NCBI GenBank assembly: GCA_000996025.1
Contig: LBYF01000001.1
Location: forward strand, 3,507-67,506
Origin: Parcubacteria group bacterium GW2011_GWA2_40_14
Lineage (GTDB): Bacteria; Patescibacteriota; Minisyncoccia; Phycocordibacterales; DATDWN01
Reading direction: 5' to 3'
DNA length: 64,000 nt
A program made the position numbers and the translations under genes. The notes under the pieces were generated by a model. That model made no database searches, had not been told where the DNA came from, and saw only the letters and a program-made list of their open reading frames with translations. Shown in pieces: positions 8,968 through 18,523 of the stretch (position 1 is the stretch's first letter; the number at the start of each line of letters is the position of its first letter).

Positions 8968-10182
8968 ATGTTATTTCATTACAAAGCACTGGATAGTACA
9001 GGGAAAGAGGTTGAGGCAAATCTGGAAGCCAAGGACAGGTTTGCTCTGTATCATGCCGTAAAAAAAGATGGCAATACAGTTATCTTTACAGAGGAAGTCA
9101 AAGCCAAAGGAAGATTTTCCTTGATAAAACTTTTACCATTTTTGGATAATGTTACAGCCCATGACAAAATAATTTTTGCCAGAAATCTTTCCAAAATGAT
9201 TCTGGCCGGTCTGCCCATTACTCGGGCCCTCTCTATTATGGAGAGGCAAGCCCGCGGCGGATTAAAGTCAGTTTTGAAAAATTTGAGTGAATCGGTAGGA
9301 AAAGGCACTACACTTTCCGAATCAATGAAAAATTTTCCAGATGTTTTTTCAACCCTTTTTACTTCAATGGTCCGAGCTGGAGAAGAATCAGGGAATTTGG
9401 CAACTAGCTTGGAGAATGTTGGTATGCAAATGGAGAAAACATACCAGCTTAATCGTAAAATACGCGGAGCAATGCTCTATCCGGCCATTATTCTGCTACT
9501 GATGGTCGCTATAGGTATTCTGATGATGGTTTATATGGTGCCGACATTAACTGCCACATTTATCGGTCTCAATTTAGACCTGCCGGTTTCTACACGCATT
9601 ATCATTTTTGTCAGTAATTTTCTAGCCGGTTATTTTACATTTTTTATTTTGGGAGTTGTGGTGACGACTGTCCTCCTCGTTTTTGCTTTTCGTAGCGACC
9701 AAGGGAAACGACTTTTAGAGGCGTTTCTTCTTCGCCTACCTATTATCGGAGAAATAGTAAAGGAGATTAATTCAGCGCGGACGGCCCGAACATTATCCTC
9801 GCTTCTTTCTTCGGGGGTGGATATTGTCTTGGCAGTCGGAGTGACAAAAGATGTCATACAAAACTCCTATTACAAAAAAGTTTTGGAAGAAGTGCAGATT
9901 AATATTCAAAAAGGAGAGGCCATCTCATCAGTTTTTTCATCTCATATTGATTTATATCCTATTTTTGTCGGGGAAATGGTAAATGTGGGAGAGGAAACGG
10001 GTAAAATAGCCGAAATGCTTAGCAATGTTGCTTTATTTTATGAGGAAGAAGTAGACCAAAAGACAAAAGATATTTCCTCTTTGATTGAACCGTTTTTGAT
10101 GATTTTTATTGGTTTGGCAGTTGGATTTTTCGCCATGGCGGTTATTAGCCCTATCTACTCATTAGGGGACTCCATACAATGA
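8968..10182 (+). CDS. pilC: Type IV pilus inner-membrane platform protein PilC/GspF
   Basis: There are two GspF repeats with TM segments. The stop overlaps the next start (ATGA). Confidence 0.9.
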   Translation: MLFHYKALDSTGKEVEANLEAKDRFALYHAVKKDGNTVIFTEEVKAKGRFSLIKLLPFLDNVTAHDKIIFARNLSKMILAGLPITRALSIMERQARGGLKSVLKNLSESVGKGTTLSESMKNFPDVFSTLFTSMVRAGEESGNLATSLENVGMQMEKTYQLNRKIRGAMLYPAIILLLMVAIGILMMVYMVPTLTATFIGLNLDLPVSTRIIIFVSNFLAGYFTFFILGVVVTTVLLVFAFRSDQGKRLLEAFLLRLPIIGEIVKEINSARTARTLSSLLSSGVDIVLAVGVTKDVIQNSYYKKVLEEVQINIQKGEAISSVFSSHIDLYPIFVGEMVNVGEETGKIAEMLSNVALFYEEEVDQKTKDISSLIEPFLMIFIGLAVGFFAMAVISPIYSLGDSIQ

Positions 10183-10643
10183 AATTAAATTATAAATCTG
10201 GGTTTACAATTTTTGAATTTCTCATAGCCATTTCTATCATGGCTCTTCTTGTGGCCATAGTATTTTCTGGTTTTATAAACTTGAGGAAACATCAGGCCTT
10301 AAAATTGGATACGGAAACTATCGCGGGAATATTACGAGAAGCTAGGAGTGAAACTCTGGCATCCAAAAATGGAACGCGATATGGAGTGCATTTCTCGGCT
10401 ACAAAAGTTACTCTCTTTGCCGGTTCTGTGTACAATCCAAGCGACCCCAATAACAAAGATTTTATGTTGAATGCAAGTGATGCAGTTTTTAACATCACTC
10501 TTGCCGGTGGAGGAAGCGATGTTATCTTTAATCGTTTGACCGGAGAAACATCGCAAAATGGCGTGATTACTCTTTCCTCCCCATCCACAGCACAAATAAA
10601 AACTGTTACAGTATACAAAACAGGAGTAGTTGAAAGTAATTAG
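10179..10643 (+). CDS. Prepilin-type N-terminal cleavage/methylation domain pseudopilin
   Basis: The N-terminus KSGFTIFEFLIAISIMALL is a class III signal (G|FTxxE plus a hydrophobic helix). Confidence 0.7.
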   Translation: MKLNYKSGFTIFEFLIAISIMALLVAIVFSGFINLRKHQALKLDTETIAGILREARSETLASKNGTRYGVHFSATKVTLFAGSVYNPSDPNNKDFMLNASDAVFNITLAGGGSDVIFNRLTGETSQNGVITLSSPSTAQIKTVTVYKTGVVESN

Positions 10644-10669
10644 GGAGTCTATAATACAATTTATATACA

Positions 10670-11158
10670 ATGTGGTCATACAATAAAAAAAACAATCGCG
10701 GTATGGCTCTAATAGAAATAGTCATAGGGGCCTCTATCATATCGGTCGGCATTTTGGCCATTTCTACCGCTTACAATACATATGTACAGCATGCTTTTGC
10801 AAACGAGAAAAATATCCAGGCGGCCTATATTTTGGAGGAGGGATTGGAAGCGGTAACACTCCTGCGTGACAAGGGGTGGAATGCAAATATCAAACTGCTT
10901 TCCACCACAACCACATATTATTTGACCTTGGTCCCGACCTACTGGGCTACCACAACCACACCACAATATATTGATGGAACATTTCTACGAAATATTGCTA
11001 TTACCGATGTAAAGCGCGACCTAAACGACCGTATCGCCACCGCAGGCACATATGACCCAAACACAAAACTAGTCACGGCGACAGTTTCCTATTTCCAAGG
11101 ACACGGCACGACCACGCGCTCCCTTTCAACTTATATAGCTAACATATATAACAACTGA
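10670..11158 (+). CDS. Pseudopilin (prepilin-type N-terminus)
   Basis: The N-terminus reads RGMALIEIVIGASIISVGILAI. Confidence 0.65.
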   Translation: MWSYNKKNNRGMALIEIVIGASIISVGILAISTAYNTYVQHAFANEKNIQAAYILEEGLEAVTLLRDKGWNANIKLLSTTTTYYLTLVPTYWATTTTPQYIDGTFLRNIAITDVKRDLNDRIATAGTYDPNTKLVTATVSYFQGHGTTTRSLSTYIANIYNN

Positions 11159-11160
11159 AC

Positions 11161-11670
11161 ATGAAAGTCCTTACATACAAATCAGGATATTCGCTTGTGG
11201 AAATGCTTATATATGTCTCTATTTTATCGGTCATTTCGTTTTTAATGGTTAGTACGGTGCTCTCTTTTATCGGCTCGTATAGACAGCTTGTGGCCTTGCG
11301 TATCGTGGAGCATTCGGGCATAGATGCTATGGAAAAAATGACTCGTGATATTCGGGCCGGTACGACAATTGATACAGTGAACAGCACATTTGGAACAAAT
11401 CCGGGTGTTTTGACTTTGATTACCACAGCAAACAATGTTTCCACTACCACAAAATTTTATCTTCAAAACGGTATTGTCAAAGTAGACATAAATGGAAGTT
11501 ATTTCGGTCCCATAACTTCCTCCACTGCATCCACAACCAGTATCGTATTTACAAAATTAAACAGCTCTATTTCTAACGCAGTAAAAATTGACATGACTGT
11601 ATCGGCTACAGTTGGCACGACAAGTAGAACGAAAACCTATCACTCCACGGTTATTTTAAAAGGACAATAG
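11161..11670 (+). CDS. Pseudopilin (prepilin-type N-terminus)
   Basis: The N-terminus reads KSGYSLVEMLIYVSILSVISFL. Confidence 0.65.
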   Translation: MKVLTYKSGYSLVEMLIYVSILSVISFLMVSTVLSFIGSYRQLVALRIVEHSGIDAMEKMTRDIRAGTTIDTVNSTFGTNPGVLTLITTANNVSTTTKFYLQNGIVKVDINGSYFGPITSSTASTTSIVFTKLNSSISNAVKIDMTVSATVGTTSRTKTYHSTVILKGQ

Positions 11671-11701
11671 GGAAAAATTTCTAATTTCTAATTTTTAAAT
11701 A

Positions 11702-13000
11702 ATGGAGCAGAAGCAAAAAATGAAATATGATAAGGGAGCGGCTATGTTAATAGCAGTGATTTTATTTTTATTTGTCTCCTCCACAATTGTTCTTGGCATT
11801 ACCGCGCCAATCTTAAAGCAAGCAAGAATTTCTACCGACCTCGTTCGTTCAAAAGAAAGTTATTATTACGCCGAAGGGGCGCTGGAAGATGCTTTTTACA
11901 GAATTAAAAATGGCAAGAGTATTAGTTCTGGAGATACAATAATTACAAACGGCTATACCACTACGATTACTATCACCACGGCATCTGGAGTTAAAACTAT
12001 TCTCGCCGTGTCAAATCGAGATGGCATTATTAGAAAAATGCAATCCCAAGTAGTTGCTGGTGTGGGAGCATCTTTTAATTACGGTGTTCAAGTCGGTCTT
12101 GGAGGTTTTGTTTTGGAAAATAGTTCAACCATAACGGGCAATATTTACTCTGGTGGTCCCATAACTGGTGCTGGAAATACCATAAGTGGCGATGCTGTTT
12201 CCTCCGGTTCCTCTGGACTTATAGATGATGTTCACATCACCAATTCAGCTTACGCTCATACCATACAAGATTCTGATGTAGATGCTAATGCTTATTATGT
12301 AATAAAAACTAACACTACTGTAGGTGGCACTTCTTTTCCAAATAGTCCAGACCAACCTGTTGCCAACCTACCCATTTCCGATGAGCAGATTGCTCTACTA
12401 GAAGCCGACGCGGTAGCCGGGGGAGTCATAAGTTCTCCTTGTCCTTACAAAATTACTTCTACAGTAACTTTGGGTCCAAAGAAAATTACATGTGATTTGG
12501 AGGTCAGTGGTAGCGCAGTTGTCACTCTTGCCGGTTCTGTTTGGGTAACGGGTGATATTGATATAAAAAACAGCGCCTTAATTAAAATATCTTCCAGTTT
12601 TCCGGAAAATACAAGTCCGGCTCTTATAGCTGACAATCCGGCCAACAGGTCTTCAGGCAGTAAGATATCTTTGCAAAACACCGCCACTTTCCAGGGCTCC
12701 GGAGGTTCCGGTAATTCAGACTCTTACATATTTGCCATATCTCAAAACAATAGCGCCGAAACAGGCGGTACAAATGACGCTATTTCTATGAAAAACAGCA
12801 GTGCCGGGGAGGTTGTGTTGTACGCTGGTCATGGACAAATAAGCATAGAGAACAGCGCTACATTAAGGCAAGTTACTGGCTACAAAATTAAAATGAAAAA
12901 CTCGGCCAATCTTATATATGAGGAAGGTCTGGCCGACACGCTTTTCTCTTCAGGACCTTCGGGTGGGTGGAATATTTCCACTTGGCAAGAAGTACAATAA
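11702..13000 (+). CDS. PilX-like large pilus-associated protein (N-terminal TM, Thr/Ser-rich beta-rich body)
   Basis: The N-terminal anchor is AAMLIAVILFLFVSSTIVLG, and the gene sits in the pilin operon. Confidence 0.5.
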   Translation: MEQKQKMKYDKGAAMLIAVILFLFVSSTIVLGITAPILKQARISTDLVRSKESYYYAEGALEDAFYRIKNGKSISSGDTIITNGYTTTITITTASGVKTILAVSNRDGIIRKMQSQVVAGVGASFNYGVQVGLGGFVLENSSTITGNIYSGGPITGAGNTISGDAVSSGSSGLIDDVHITNSAYAHTIQDSDVDANAYYVIKTNTTVGGTSFPNSPDQPVANLPISDEQIALLEADAVAGGVISSPCPYKITSTVTLGPKKITCDLEVSGSAVVTLAGSVWVTGDIDIKNSALIKISSSFPENTSPALIADNPANRSSGSKISLQNTATFQGSGGSGNSDSYIFAISQNNSAETGGTNDAISMKNSSAGEVVLYAGHGQISIENSATLRQVTGYKIKMKNSANLIYEEGLADTLFSSGPSGGWNISTWQEVQ

Positions 13001-13021
13001 TCCCGTGTTACAATAAAACTC

Positions 13022-13780
13022 ATGAGAAAATTCAAAAAACTGATTATTGGAAACTGGAAGATGAACCCGCTTACTCTGGAAGAGGCCAAAGAAATGACCA
13101 CAAGAATAAAACGACTAACAAAATCTCTAAAAAAGACAAAGGTCGTTCTCTGCCCACCCTTCATTTTTCTTTCCGCGCTTCTCTCTAGTAAAAGCAGAGC
13201 AGTCTCCCTCGGCGCGCAGGATGCATTCTACCAATCAGCAGGACCATACACTGGAGAAGTCAGTTCAACTCAACTTTCCGCTTTTGGTGTTGATTATGTA
13301 ATCGTTGGACATTCAGAAAGGCGCTCTCATGGCGAAAGCGACGATATTGTAAACAAAAAAGTTAAAGCGACTGTAGGTGACGGTATGACTGCCGTACTGT
13401 GTGTTGGAGAAAAAGTTCACGACCAGCATGGAGAATATTTCAGTTTGGTAAAACAGCAGATTATTTCCGGGCTGAAAGATATTTCCAAAAAATCACTTGA
13501 TAGGATTGTTATTGCTTACGAGCCGGTCTGGGCTGTTGGCGCGAAAGAGGCCATGCGTCCTGCCGACATTGCTGAAATGGCCATTTTTATAAAGAAAACT
13601 TTGCGAGACGCATACGGTATTTTTGGAGACGATGTCAGAATTTTATATGGCGGAGATGTGACAGTGGGGAATTGTCTGGAAATTACCCTCGATGGTCATG
13701 TTGGAGGACTTCTCATAGGCCGTGAAAGTTTGAAAGTCAAAAATTTTATTGAGATTATAAAGATTATTGACTCAATATGA
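13022..13780 (+). CDS. tpiA: Triosephosphate isomerase
   Basis: The motifs GNWKMN, VGHSERR and AYEPVWAIG are present. The TGA stop overlaps the pgk ATG. Confidence 0.9.
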   Translation: MRKFKKLIIGNWKMNPLTLEEAKEMTTRIKRLTKSLKKTKVVLCPPFIFLSALLSSKSRAVSLGAQDAFYQSAGPYTGEVSSTQLSAFGVDYVIVGHSERRSHGESDDIVNKKVKATVGDGMTAVLCVGEKVHDQHGEYFSLVKQQIISGLKDISKKSLDRIVIAYEPVWAVGAKEAMRPADIAEMAIFIKKTLRDAYGIFGDDVRILYGGDVTVGNCLEITLDGHVGGLLIGRESLKVKNFIEIIKIIDSI

Positions 13781-14943
13781 TTAAATATTTAGATCAGTTA
13801 GAAAAAGATGATCTAAAAGGCAAAAAAGTTTTGCTTCGGCTGGATTTAAATGTGTCTGTTGCAGATGGCAAAGTGGTTGACCAGTTTCGGCTGGAAAAAA
13901 TAATTCCGACAATTGATTTTCTGCGAGAACACGACGCTCAAACTATTATTATTTCTCATGCAGAAAATAAAGAAGGTCAAAATGAAAGTCTTTTAACTGT
14001 ATGGAATTATTTGAAAGGATATTTTCCTGTGGAATTTTGTCCGACATATTTTACGCCGGAGGCAATTGATAAACTTTTGAAAATGCAGGACAAAGACGTA
14101 TTACTTTTTGAAAATGTTAGGAATAACATGGGTGAGAAAGAAAATAATCCAGAATTTGCCAAAAAATTAGCGCAAATGGCAGATATTTACGTAAATGATG
14201 CTTTCGGAGTTTCACATCGTCAGCATGCTTCAATTGTCGGTGTGCCACAATTCCTTCCACATTACGGCGGATTACTTATGCGACAGGAAATAGAGCATCT
14301 CTCACGTATTTTCAACCCACAACATCCGTTTGTTTTTATTTTGGGTGGAGCAAAGTTTGACACTAAACTTCCTCTGATAAAAAAATATCTGGAAAAAGCT
14401 GACCATGTCTTTGTCGGTGGCGCTCTTGCAAACGATATTTTCAAAGCCCGTGGCTATGAAGTCGGCACCTCTCTTGTGTCAAAGGCCGCCTTTGACACTT
14501 CTATTTTAGAAAATCCAAAGCTTGTTTTGCCTATTGATGTGACTGTAGCGAAAGATGATAAGAGTGTTTCATTTAAAAAACCAAATGAGGTAAAAAGTGA
14601 CGAATGTATTGTAGATGCTGGACCAGAAACTATTGAACAATTAAAAAACCTTTGTAATGATGCCCATTCGACAAGCTCAGGGCAGGCAAAAACAGTTGTT
14701 TGGAACGGACCGCTTGGCAATTATGAAAAAGGTTTTGGTGATAAAACGGAAAGTCTGGCAGAAATTATTGTGGAAATGACAAAAAATGACATTGAAACAA
14801 TTATTGGTGGGGGAGACACGCTGGCCTCAATTCATAAACTCGGCTTGAACGATTCTTTCACTTTCATCTCAACCGGTGGTGGGGCAATGCTGGATTTTCT
14901 TGTCAACGAAACCCTCCCCGGTCTTCGTGCTTTAGAAAAATAA
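13777..14943 (+). CDS. pgk: Phosphoglycerate kinase
   Basis: The ORF is 388 aa, with LRLDLNV near the N-terminus and a C-terminal GGGDT / STGGGA hinge. Confidence 0.9.
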   Translation: MIKYLDQLEKDDLKGKKVLLRLDLNVSVADGKVVDQFRLEKIIPTIDFLREHDAQTIIISHAENKEGQNESLLTVWNYLKGYFPVEFCPTYFTPEAIDKLLKMQDKDVLLFENVRNNMGEKENNPEFAKKLAQMADIYVNDAFGVSHRQHASIVGVPQFLPHYGGLLMRQEIEHLSRIFNPQHPFVFILGGAKFDTKLPLIKKYLEKADHVFVGGALANDIFKARGYEVGTSLVSKAAFDTSILENPKLVLPIDVTVAKDDKSVSFKKPNEVKSDECIVDAGPETIEQLKNLCNDAHSTSSGQAKTVVWNGPLGNYEKGFGDKTESLAEIIVEMTKNDIETIIGGGDTLASIHKLGLNDSFTFISTGGGAMLDFLVNETLPGLRALEK

Positions 14944-15042
14944 TTTTGGACTATAGATTGACATATTTTTTGGTTTCGTTACACTTAATAAGTTGAACTG
15001 TTTAACAGTTGAACTTTATAGTAATCATAATACGCATATTTT

Positions 15043-15327
15043 ATGTCTATAGTCACAATCAAAAATAAATATCAAATTGTTATTCCTCAAAGTGTTCGCA
15101 AACAAGTTGGGGTTGTTGTCGGTGACTTTCTGGAAGCTACAGTTGAAAAAGGCAAGATTGTCTTTCAGCCAAAATCCCTAGTTGATCGAGGTATTGCGCA
15201 GAGTTTAAAAGAATTTAAACAAGGACATTCTTTTGGTCCATTTGCCACTGCTAATGAAGTAATAGCGTCGCTTAAAGGTCAATTGAAAAAACGCGCTCTA
15301 GAGAAACATAAAAAAGTTTTGAAATAA
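15043..15327 (+). CDS. AbrB/MazE/SpoVT-type swapped-hairpin DNA-binding protein (orphan antitoxin-like regulator)
   Basis: KNKYQIVIPQSVRKQVGVVVGDFLE is typical of the SpoVT_AbrB domain. No toxin partner is adjacent. Confidence 0.6.
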   Translation: MSIVTIKNKYQIVIPQSVRKQVGVVVGDFLEATVEKGKIVFQPKSLVDRGIAQSLKEFKQGHSFGPFATANEVIASLKGQLKKRALEKHKKVLK

Positions 15328-15354
15328 TGAAAGCAATTTATAAATCCTTATCAT

Positions 15355-15759
15355 CTAAAAACTTTTTATTTTTTCGGCTGTCTGGTTCGCTAAGTTTTTA
15401 TCATAATCATTTGTCCTCCAGTGTGTGTGACCATCCGCTATATGTCGTGGTATGAGATGGAAATGTGTATGAAATACAACTTGGCCAGCAGCCTTTTCTA
15501 TGTTTGTAATGATGTTCATACCTTCAGCATTGACTACTTTTTGAATAATTGGACCAAGTTTTTTGGCTTGGGAAGCGATATAAGCTAGTACATCATCCGG
15601 TGTTTCAAAATAATTTTTATAATGAATTTTTGGGATAAGCACTGTATGCCCGTCATTATTTGGATTGATGCTTAAAAAGGCAAGACATTTATCGTCCTCA
15701 TAAACTTTTTCTGTAGGGATTTCTCCTTTTATTATTTTACAAAAAACGCAATCTTCCAT
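15355..15759 (-). CDS. HIT-family (histidine triad) hydrolase
   Basis: The HTHFHLIP histidine triad and an N-terminal CxxC (CVFCKI) are present. Confidence 0.85.
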   Translation of the reverse strand: MEDCVFCKIIKGEIPTEKVYEDDKCLAFLSINPNNDGHTVLIPKIHYKNYFETPDDVLAYIASQAKKLGPIIQKVVNAEGMNIITNIEKAAGQVVFHTHFHLIPRHIADGHTHWRTNDYDKNLANQTAEKIKSF

Positions 15760-15821
15760 GGGAAAATAATAGCATATCTCAGTTGTTATTCACTATTTCG
15801 GACTGTGGTAGACTGATACCT

Positions 15822-17645
15822 ATGAAAACGTATGCTATTCGTGAAGAGATTCCAAAAGATGTGTACGAGGCTCTAAGAGCGCATGATCCTCTAGTGCGCT
15901 CACTCCTTTACTCTCGCGGTGTCACAGATGGCGCTGCAGCAGATGTTTTTCTCAACCCCAACTATGATACGCATACTCACGATCCATTTTTGCTCCTAAA
16001 TATGGACAAGGTTGTGGAGAGAATTTTGAAAGCAATTGAGAGTAATGAAAAAGTAGCGATTTACAGCGATTATGATTGTGATGGCATACCGGGTGCTGTA
16101 GTTCTACACGATTTTTTAAAAAAAATAGGTTTCACAAATTTTGTAAATTATATACCAATGCGCAATGAAGAGGGTTATGGTCTAAATCACGATGCCATAG
16201 AAAGTTTGATAGCTGATGACGTGAAATTAATCATTACAATAGACTGCGGTATAACTGATTATACACATGCAGAATTTGCCCAGAGTGAAGGGATTGATTT
16301 GATTATCACAGACCACCATATTCCGGGAAAGGAAGTGCCGAAAGCATTTGCGGTGATAAATCCAAAACAAAAAGGATGCAAATATCCAGAGAAAATGATT
16401 TGCGGCTCTGGTGTCATTTTCAAAGTTGTTCAGGCGCTTATGAAAACAATGTCAAGGACTGCCCTTGACATGAATCCAAAGATGTCAAAGGCAGTCCTTG
16501 ACATTCCGCTTGGTTGGGAAAAATGGCTTCTGGATATGGTTGGTCTTGCCACGTTTTCGGACATGGTGCCGCTTGTGGGGGAGAACAGAGTTTTCTCGTA
16601 CTACGGTATGAAAGTTTTGCGTAAAAGTCCGCGAGTTGGGCTTATGAAAATGTTTAAGTCGCTCAAAATAAATCAACAAACGGTGACCGAAGACGATATT
16701 GCTTTTATGATTACACCTCGTATTAACGCCGCATCGCGTATGGGTATTCCACGAGATGCTTTTACATTACTTTCCACAACAGACGAAGTGGAGGCAGGAA
16801 AATATGCTGAACATTTAAATAAAAATAATGATGAGCGCAAAGGTGTAGTAGGAAGTATGGTCAAAGAAATAAAAAAATGGATTGCAAGTAGGGATGAAAT
16901 CCCGCCGAAGCAAAGTATAAATAAAGCTCAGGCGAATGCTACGACTGAGTCAGCTACGACAGCGATGAGGGGAGTGATTGTGCATGGCAATCCGCTTTGG
17001 AAACCGTCACTTCTTGGTTTGGTGGCAAACAGTTTTTCCGATGAACATTCACGTCCAGTATTTTTCTGGGGGCGGGAGGGCAATAAAGAGGGGAGCACGA
17101 TAATAAAAGGTTCGTGTCGTGCTGGTGGAGATACAGACGTTGTTAAGCTTATGGAAAAAGTCAAAGATATCTTAGTTGATTATGGTGGACACACGGGCGC
17201 AGGAGGATTTTCACTTCTTCAGGAAAATATTCATATGCTTGAAGAGAGATTAAACGAAGCTTTTCAGAAGCTAGCTCAGGAAGAAGAAATAATCCTTGAT
17301 ACACTCGTAGATACAAAACTCTCACTTGATGATGTGAACTGGCAGACATATTCGCACATAGAAAAATTCGCCCCATTCGGACTAGCAAATCCAAAACCGT
17401 TGTTTCTTTTTGAAAATATAATTGTTGACGCGGTGAAACAGTTCGGTAAAGATAAAAATCATTTGGAATTGAAATTTAAGAAATCAGACGGAAAAGATGT
17501 CACAGCTATCGCATTTTTCTCCACACAAGAAAAGTTCCCAGTGTCTCTCGACTCTGGAAACGTAATTAACCTCGTGGCAACTCTGGAAAAATCCACATTC
17601 CGCAACTTTCCAGAATTACGTCTGCGAATCGTAGACATTTTTTAG
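15822..17645 (+). CDS. recJ: Single-stranded-DNA-specific exonuclease RecJ
   Basis: DHH motifs (YSDYDCDG, ITDHH) and a DHHA1-like C-terminus are present. I chose the ATG at 15822; the track ORF begins at an upstream TTG (15783). Confidence 0.85.
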   Translation: MKTYAIREEIPKDVYEALRAHDPLVRSLLYSRGVTDGAAADVFLNPNYDTHTHDPFLLLNMDKVVERILKAIESNEKVAIYSDYDCDGIPGAVVLHDFLKKIGFTNFVNYIPMRNEEGYGLNHDAIESLIADDVKLIITIDCGITDYTHAEFAQSEGIDLIITDHHIPGKEVPKAFAVINPKQKGCKYPEKMICGSGVIFKVVQALMKTMSRTALDMNPKMSKAVLDIPLGWEKWLLDMVGLATFSDMVPLVGENRVFSYYGMKVLRKSPRVGLMKMFKSLKINQQTVTEDDIAFMITPRINAASRMGIPRDAFTLLSTTDEVEAGKYAEHLNKNNDERKGVVGSMVKEIKKWIASRDEIPPKQSINKAQANATTESATTAMRGVIVHGNPLWKPSLLGLVANSFSDEHSRPVFFWGREGNKEGSTIIKGSCRAGGDTDVVKLMEKVKDILVDYGGHTGAGGFSLLQENIHMLEERLNEAFQKLAQEEEIILDTLVDTKLSLDDVNWQTYSHIEKFAPFGLANPKPLFLFENIIVDAVKQFGKDKNHLELKFKKSDGKDVTAIAFFSTQEKFPVSLDSGNVINLVATLEKSTFRNFPELRLRIVDIF

Positions 17646-17678
17646 TTAACCCTTGACCACACTAATCTTTCTGATAAT

Positions 17679-17722
17679 ACACATACGTTAACTTCTTGCT
17701 ATAGCAAGAAGTTAACGTATGT
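17679..17722. repeat. Perfect 19-bp-stem palindrome with GCTATAGC centre (family-7-like) after recJ
   Basis: The sequence is cacatacgttaacttcttgctatagcaagaagttaacgtatgtg. Confidence 0.6.
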
Positions 17723-17768
17723 GGGTCTAAGAAGTTATTTATTGTGGATTGCCGTGTATAATGATGAA

Positions 17769-18449
17769 ATGGAAACAGTTATATTTACTGACGGTTCCGC
17801 TCGGGGCAATCCCGGACCGGGAGGTTGGGGAGCTATTGTCTTGACGTCTGACACAGCTATGGAGCTTGGTGGTAGGGAGGGACATACAACAAACAACAGG
17901 ATGGAACTTTTGGCTGTTATTTCTGCGCTGGAAAATGTAGCAACACATGAGGAAATCACCGTTTATACTGATTCAGCCTACATAGTCAACGGTATTACTC
18001 GTTGGGTCAAAGGATGGGCAGAAAATAAATGGAAAACCACTAAGAAAGAAGAAGTTTTAAATAAAGATTTGTGGCAACAGCTTACGCGGGCAACTGAACG
18101 CAGAGTAATTAAGTGGGAATTGGTAAAAGGACATGCGGGAGTAGGGGGAAATGAAAGGTGTGACGCTATCGCCACCGAATTTGCCGACAATAATCCTCTG
18201 GTTCTCTATAATGGTTCGCGTGAACGCTATGGTGTGGATGTTTCTGGTATTCAAACCAAAGAAGCAAAAAAATCAAAATCTAAAAGCAAAACCACAGCCT
18301 ATTCGTATGTAAGCGAAATTAACGGAGAGATTAAAGTCCACAAAACATGGGAAGAATGCAAGGCTCGAGTGCATGGAGTAGCCGCTCGTTTCAAGAAATC
18401 CGTCTCACCCGCAGACGAAGAGGAAATCATTCGTGAGTTCACCGAATAA
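17769..18449 (+). CDS. rnhA: Ribonuclease HI with a C-terminal hybrid-binding (Cauli_VI / RNase H1 N-terminus-like) domain
   Basis: The RNase H core reads TDGSARGNPGPGGWGAIV...YTDSAYIVNG. The C-terminal 50 aa (AYSYVSEINGEIKVHKTWEECKARVHGVAARFKKSVSPADEEEIIREF) match the HBD consensus. Confidence 0.8.
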   Translation: METVIFTDGSARGNPGPGGWGAIVLTSDTAMELGGREGHTTNNRMELLAVISALENVATHEEITVYTDSAYIVNGITRWVKGWAENKWKTTKKEEVLNKDLWQQLTRATERRVIKWELVKGHAGVGGNERCDAIATEFADNNPLVLYNGSRERYGVDVSGIQTKEAKKSKSKSKTTAYSYVSEINGEIKVHKTWEECKARVHGVAARFKKSVSPADEEEIIREFTE

Positions 18450-18523
18450 TTTGCATATGTATTCAAGAAACTCAATTATAATTTTGGCACAGTATATTGT
18501 ACCAAAATAGAAATATTAAACTC

